From an uncultured Flavobacteriaceae bacterium (GTDB lineage: Bacteria > Bacteroidota > Bacteroidia > Flavobacteriales > Flavobacteriaceae): a DNA stretch of 63,543 nucleotides. Each line of letters opens with the position of its first letter. Position 1 is the stretch's first letter. The DNA lies in assembly GCA_964549485.1 (NCBI GenBank), contig CAZJWI010000155.1:1-63543 (forward strand). The letters run 5' to 3'. The position numbers and the translations under genes were made by a program. The notes below the pieces were generated by a model. That model saw only the letters and a list, made by a program, of their open reading frames with translations, was not told the DNA's origin and did no database searches. Shown one piece after another: positions 58,586 to 63,543 of the stretch.

Positions 58586-60139
58586 ATGAGCGCAGTAGCT
58601 ACCGATTTTGGAATAGATAAAGCCTTGGATGCATTAGGCTTAAAAGAAGTAAACGAAGGAACCTCAACAGGACAGGATAATTTTGGCGAAGGCGCTATCA
58701 TTTCCTCTTATTCGCCAGTAGATGGTGCATTGATTGGAAAGGTAAAAACGACGACTCAGGCAGACTACGACAAGGTAATGAAAGCCGCAACATCTGCCTT
58801 TAAAGACTTTAGAACAATGCCAGCGCCCTTACGTGGCGAATTGGTACGCCAATTTGGAGAAAAACTTCGTGAAGTTAAAGAACCTCTTGGAAAGCTAGTT
58901 TCTTACGAAATGGGTAAGAGCTACCAAGAAGGACTAGGCGAGGTTCAAGAAATGATCGATATCTGTGATTTTGCAGTAGGTCTTTCGCGACAGCTTCACG
59001 GGCTTACGATGCATTCAGAACGTCCAGGTCACCGTATGTATGAACAATATCATCCCTTAGGTGTGGTAGGTATCATCTCTGCTTTTAACTTCCCAGTTGC
59101 GGTTTGGGCCTGGAATACAGCCCTGGCTTGGATTTGTGGTGATGTTTGCGTTTGGAAGCCAAGTGAAAAAACGCCGCTTTGTGGTGTAGCTTGTCAAAAT
59201 ATCATAGCCGAAGTGCTCAAGAATAACGATATGCCAGAAGGTATCTCTTGTCTAATTAACGGAGATTACAAAGTTGGGGAAATGATGACTACCGATAAGC
59301 GTATCCCTCTTATTTCGGCTACCGGCTCTACTCGAATGGGTAAAATCGTTGCTGCAACTGTAGGAGAACGTCTAGGAAAGTCTTTATTAGAATTAGGCGG
59401 TAACAATGCGATTATTGTAACTCCAGATGCCGATATAAAAATGACGGTTATCGGTGCTGTTTTTGGCGCCGTAGGAACCGCTGGACAACGTTGTACATCG
59501 ACGCGTAGACTAATCATACATGAAAGCATTTACGACACTGTCAAAAAAGCCATAGTAGACGCTTACGGTCAACTGCGCATAGGCAATCCACTTGATGAAA
59601 ATAATCACGTGGGACCACTTATCGATAAAGATGCCGTTAAGAACTATCAATCGGCCTTAGAACGCGTTGTAGCCGAAGGTGGGAATATCGTCGTAGAAGG
59701 TGGTGTTTTGAGCGGTGAAGGTTACGAGAGTGGGTGTTATGTAAAACCAGCAATAGCCGAGGCTAAAAATGACTTCGAAATTGTACAACATGAGACATTT
59801 GCACCCGTATTATATTTATTAAAATACAGCGGGGATGTAACCGACGCAATTGATCTGCAGAACGGAGTCAATCAAGGACTATCTTCAGCGATTATGACCA
59901 ACAATTTGAGAGAGGCAGAACGTTTCTTAAGTCATGCTGGTTCAGATTGTGGTATTGCCAATGTCAATATTGGTACATCAGGTGCCGAGATTGGAGGTGC
60001 CTTTGGAGGCGAAAAAGACACAGGTGGAGGTCGCGAATCAGGATCTGATGCCTGGAAGATCTACATGAGACGCCAGACCAATACCATCAATTACACCACA
60101 GAATTACCACTAGCGCAAGGCATCAAATTTGATCTCTAA
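58586..60139 (+). CDS. amaB: Family 7 aldehyde dehydrogenase (piperideine-6-carboxylate/aminoadipate-semialdehyde dehydrogenase-like)
   Basis: SAFNFPVAV, LELGGNN, AGQRCT, ETFAP, GAEIGGAFGGEK.TG.GRESGSD. Confidence 0.85.
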   Translation: MSAVATDFGIDKALDALGLKEVNEGTSTGQDNFGEGAIISSYSPVDGALIGKVKTTTQADYDKVMKAATSAFKDFRTMPAPLRGELVRQFGEKLREVKEPLGKLVSYEMGKSYQEGLGEVQEMIDICDFAVGLSRQLHGLTMHSERPGHRMYEQYHPLGVVGIISAFNFPVAVWAWNTALAWICGDVCVWKPSEKTPLCGVACQNIIAEVLKNNDMPEGISCLINGDYKVGEMMTTDKRIPLISATGSTRMGKIVAATVGERLGKSLLELGGNNAIIVTPDADIKMTVIGAVFGAVGTAGQRCTSTRRLIIHESIYDTVKKAIVDAYGQLRIGNPLDENNHVGPLIDKDAVKNYQSALERVVAEGGNIVVEGGVLSGEGYESGCYVKPAIAEAKNDFEIVQHETFAPVLYLLKYSGDVTDAIDLQNGVNQGLSSAIMTNNLREAERFLSHAGSDCGIANVNIGTSGAEIGGAFGGEKDTGGGRESGSDAWKIYMRRQTNTINYTTELPLAQGIKFDL

Positions 60140-60156
60140 GCGTTTTGAGATAAACT

Positions 60157-60183
60157 AAAAACCCGCTATTGGCGGGTTTTTTT
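60157..60183 (+). terminator. Intrinsic terminator
   Basis: AAAAACCCGCT-att-GGCGGGTTTTTTT. Confidence 0.85.
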
Positions 60184-60370
60184 ATGTCTCCATCTCTAAC
60201 CGACACTCCAATATTCAGTTCCGCTTTTGGTAAACCGAGCGAAGCGAGGTTCACGACCAAAGGGAGAGCGTAGGGAAACATCGAGCTAGCAGTTAACTTT
60301 AAGTAAGCTTCTAGATCAGGTTTAAACAATTTTAGCTAATTTTAATCAACTAACCACTAAGTCGCTATTT

Positions 60371-61261
60371 ATGAGCAAGCAAACCAGCTATCTCTTAGGT
60401 ATGTTTGTCGTGATCTCCCTATGTAGTTGGGGATCCTGGATTTATTGTTGTGGTCTTGATGCTGCAAATGGCAAAACGGATGCCAAAGGATTTACAATTA
60501 TGGCTCCAGACCAAACGGTGATCTATGCGCATAAAGACAATTTCAACTTTAGACCGTCTCAATTTACATTATCACCTCCTATATCTATACATGTAGATCA
60601 AGGTATTGATAGTTTGCGCTATTATCTTAACAATCCTGAACATACAAACGATATAATCAAAATTACGGGCTATTATTACGGGTCAGAAAAAAATACCTCA
60701 GCACTAACCAATCTGGGCCTCGCAAGAGCCAATACCGTCAAAAATTATCTTATCAATAAAGGTGTCCCTTCTCAAAAAATAGAAACCACTGCCTCAGAAT
60801 ATGCATCCAATGTCTCAGAAGAAGAAGAATTGATCTATGGCCCTGTTGGTTATACCCTAATCACCAAAGACAACTCTGCCCAAGACAAAGCAGCACGACT
60901 AGCCGCAATCAAAGCAGAAATTAAAGCCGCACCTTTGGTTTTACAATTCGAATCTGCTCAATCAATAATAGATCTGAGCCACATACAGCAGCAAAAGGTG
61001 ATAAATATTAAAACCTATTTGAATGCCCTACCAGAAGCTAAGCTTCAAATTACAGGTTACACAGACAATACAGGAAGCAGAGTAACTAATATTGCATTGG
61101 GGCTTAATCGCGCTAATTTTGCAAAGACATATTTTATAAATGAGGGGATTAACGCTTCACAAATTGATACCTACTCCAAAGGGGCAGAAAATCCAATTGC
61201 CTCCAATCAAACAGCAGAAGGACGCGCCAAAAACAGACGCTGTATCATTACCTTAAACTAA
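60371..61261 (+). CDS. Membrane-anchored OmpA-family protein with two OmpA-like domains
   Basis: N-terminal TM; NLGLARA..VK.YL and ITGYTD..G...N..LG..RA...GRAKNRR. Confidence 0.88.
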   Translation: MSKQTSYLLGMFVVISLCSWGSWIYCCGLDAANGKTDAKGFTIMAPDQTVIYAHKDNFNFRPSQFTLSPPISIHVDQGIDSLRYYLNNPEHTNDIIKITGYYYGSEKNTSALTNLGLARANTVKNYLINKGVPSQKIETTASEYASNVSEEEELIYGPVGYTLITKDNSAQDKAARLAAIKAEIKAAPLVLQFESAQSIIDLSHIQQQKVINIKTYLNALPEAKLQITGYTDNTGSRVTNIALGLNRANFAKTYFINEGINASQIDTYSKGAENPIASNQTAEGRAKNRRCIITLN

Positions 61262-61272
61262 TTTAACTACTT

Positions 61273-61833
61273 ATGGATTTTTCAAATATAGCATGTTGGA
61301 TTTGGCCTTTATTGTCTGGGTTATTTTGTGCCCTTTTTGGATACGCCATTGGCCGTTTAAAAACCAAAAAACAGGCCGAAGAGAACAATATAGAATTGTG
61401 GAAGCGTAAAAACGCCCAATTAAAAGTTGATCTTGAAAACTGCAGAGCCGAGTTACTTATGGCCACAGCTGCAGCTACCAAAGCTTCTGGTCTTGGCGAA
61501 TCCCAGCAAAAAGTACAAGAGGTTATCGCAAGACCTTTTGATGCCAAAGCTGCCAAAAAGGCTTTTGGTAAAACCATTCGAGAGAATGACTTACAGATTA
61601 TTGAGGGTATTGGACCCAAAATTGCCGAACTCTTTAAAGCTCATAAAATCACAAGTTGGGAAGCGCTTGCCAGTACGACGGTTGACCAGTGTGCAGTTAT
61701 ACTAAAAGCCGGAGGCAATCGCTTTGAATTTCACGATCCTTCAACTTGGCCCAAACAGGCAAAAATGGCGGCTATGGATCAATGGGAAGAGCTCAAAACC
61801 TGGCAGGACACTAACAATCTTAACAAGAAATAA
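61273..61833 (+). CDS. Membrane protein with coiled coil and C-terminal HhH (DUF4332-like) domain
   Basis: TM, coiled coil, DL..IEGIGPKI...I..W..LA...W..QA. Confidence 0.8.
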   Translation: MDFSNIACWIWPLLSGLFCALFGYAIGRLKTKKQAEENNIELWKRKNAQLKVDLENCRAELLMATAAATKASGLGESQQKVQEVIARPFDAKAAKKAFGKTIRENDLQIIEGIGPKIAELFKAHKITSWEALASTTVDQCAVILKAGGNRFEFHDPSTWPKQAKMAAMDQWEELKTWQDTNNLNKK

Positions 61834-61882
61834 AACCAGTGTTGATTGTGCAATATTGAGCCAATGCACTTGAGCAGTTTTT

Positions 61883-62983
61883 TTACTGTTGATTTCCAAA
61901 ATAGATGATCATACCGATTATGGCTAGTACAAATACCACAGCAAAGAATATTTTCCAAAAGGAATAAGGTCTACTGCCCGATACCTTGCCACTCTCACCA
62001 TTGATAAAGAAATTGTACTCCTTTCCTTTAAATCGATAGGCACTTACGTAAACTGGCAGTAGTATATGCTTAAAAGTTTCTTTAGAAAGCGACATATCCA
62101 TAGAATGAATACGTTGGGTATCTCCTCCGATATCCTGTCTACACCAACGCTCTGCAATAGCCTTGGCTTCAGCTTTAGACTGCAAGTGACCCTCGGCTAG
62201 AGGAATGGTATATTTTTCGGTCACAAATCCAGCTAGGAAACTACTGTGAAAGGGTTGAAGTTTTTTAAGATTCCATCGCGCAATTTTTTGAGGTATTCGT
62301 CCTGATTTTTGCTGAGAAGCTTTGATAAGCGTGTCATCAACAAAACCAGTAATTGTACCCGAAGCAGGGTACCAACGGGTATTGCGCTTTTGTCTGGTTC
62401 TGGTGTTTCCCTGACTGTCACGATAGGTTTCTGTGGTGTAATAATATTCACCACGTTGCCCCGTATAGCTCGCCTCCAGGGCTGCATCAAAAGTCCAAAA
62501 AGGCAAGTATAGTCCCTTGGTAAATTGAGGATCTAATGCAGCCTTCTTGAGCTTATTAGGCGCCCACCACAATTTCTTCACCCATGCCTGAAATATTTTA
62601 AAAGAGCCTTCTTGATCTATTTGAAATGGCAATACAGCTCCAGGTAATATCCAGTCTTCCTTGTAGGCATCTTCAACCACTAATGGCATACTACAATAGA
62701 CACAATGTAAACTTTTATAGTTTTCTTCAATGTGCTGGTTGGCACCACAATTGCTACAGTGCAAAATTGTAATTTCTTCACTGTGAGATTGTGCCCCCAT
62801 CTCTTGTAGATATGGATATAGTTCTAATTCTTTAAACCCATTGGGGTCAAGCTCTATTTCTTCTTTATGCCCACAATAGTCACAGGTTATTTCGGTAGTT
62901 CCAGGGCTATATTTTAACTCAGCCCCACAATTAGAACAGGCCTTTTTTCGTTCAGTAGTTTGCTGTAAGGGCGTTTCGGCCAT
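61883..62983 (-). CDS. Double zinc-ribbon membrane protein (YdjG-like)
   Basis: CSNCGA...C.YCG, C.NCGA...C.YC, Y.PFW.FD, LLP, ING..G...G.RP.S, C-terminal TM. Confidence 0.78.
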   Translation of the reverse strand: MAETPLQQTTERKKACSNCGAELKYSPGTTEITCDYCGHKEEIELDPNGFKELELYPYLQEMGAQSHSEEITILHCSNCGANQHIEENYKSLHCVYCSMPLVVEDAYKEDWILPGAVLPFQIDQEGSFKIFQAWVKKLWWAPNKLKKAALDPQFTKGLYLPFWTFDAALEASYTGQRGEYYYTTETYRDSQGNTRTRQKRNTRWYPASGTITGFVDDTLIKASQQKSGRIPQKIARWNLKKLQPFHSSFLAGFVTEKYTIPLAEGHLQSKAEAKAIAERWCRQDIGGDTQRIHSMDMSLSKETFKHILLPVYVSAYRFKGKEYNFFINGESGKVSGSRPYSFWKIFFAVVFVLAIIGMIIYFGNQQ

Positions 62984-63036
62984 AATTGGTACACATCTAG
63001 CTTAGGCGAAAGATCGCTTTTAGAAACTTATTGGGT

Positions 63037-63543
63037 TTAATTTGATGGTAGAGGAGGTGGCGTGTTGCCTCCCAAGAATGATTTTAACTCGTCTACTTCC
63101 TGCAGCGCTTTCCAACCTGACATGCCTTGTTTCCATATCAGACTGTCTTTATTTATGGTACGGCTGGCAAATAGTGCTTTGAGCTGTTCAAAACCTACTG
63201 GGCCGTGCTGAGTGCCATTGGTGGCATAATAATACTGTACTTGTGCAGGAATTGGCGGTGGCATCATAGCACCTTGTGGGGCTGTGTTGTTCATCTGCAT
63301 TTGGTTTTGACCTGTATTCATCATTCCTCCCATTTGCTGTGCCAGTACAAAGCCCATACCCATACCCATACCAGCTCCTGCCGTTCCGCCTTCATTAGCC
63401 GCAGCGGCTTCAATAGCTTTGGCCGTTTTAAATTTGGTAAGCTTGTCCAAATCAAGTTTATCAATTCGACTGTACTCAAAGATTTCCTTCTTGAGATCTT
63501 CGGGCATAGAAACATTTTCTATATAGAATTTCTCCAGCGCAAT
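63037..63543 (-). CDS. SPFH (YdjI-like) protein with C-terminal GYF_2 domain, partial
   Basis: Frame open to window end (IENVSMPE); AA.N.GG.AGAGMGMGMG; YY...G.Q.GP...W..GM..W...PPPLP. Confidence 0.82.
   Translation of the reverse strand: MALEKFYIENVSMPEDLKKEIFEYSRIDKLDLDKLTKFKTAKAIEAAAANEGGTAGAGMGMGMGFVLAQQMGGMMNTGQNQMQMNNTAPQGAMMPPPIPAQVQYYYATNGTQHGPVGFEQLKALFASRTINKDSLIWKQGMSGWKALQEVDELKSFLGGNTPPPLPSN

Noticed and set aside
61883-62983. PriA/helicase label often attached to this family
   Set aside because: No Walker A or helicase motifs; only Zn ribbons and a TM helix

Overview
Core-genome segment of a Bacteroidota bacterium, most likely Flavobacteriaceae. Evidence: TAnnTTTG -7 promoter boxes, no evident Shine-Dalgarno sites, T9SS C-terminal domains, and gene content. 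It holds about 69 CDS (aromatic amino-acid catabolism, ahcY, a PnuC/NadR-like/DUF4301 cluster followed by a TPP riboswitch and TonB receptor, greA, truB, uppP, ftsX, leuS, trxA, clpP, several peptidases), tRNA-Asp, tRNA-Asn and many intrinsic terminators. I found no rRNA, CRISPR array, integrase or transposase. The most striking unexplained signal is a dispersed palindrome, GCTTTCGCGAAAGC: 8 perfect 14-bp copies and 13 copies of the 10-bp core TTTCGCGAAA. Twelve of the 13 lie inside unrelated genes and they occur in all three reading frames (AFAKA, LSRK/LSRN, FRES), which points to a genome-wide DNA-level signal. Other leads are a possible salvage pathway using DUF4301 as nucleotidyltransferase, an LCAT-like hydrolase three-gene cassette, a terminator in the greA leader and a YdjG/YdjI-like module. 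All calls come from manual motif recognition; no database searches were run.
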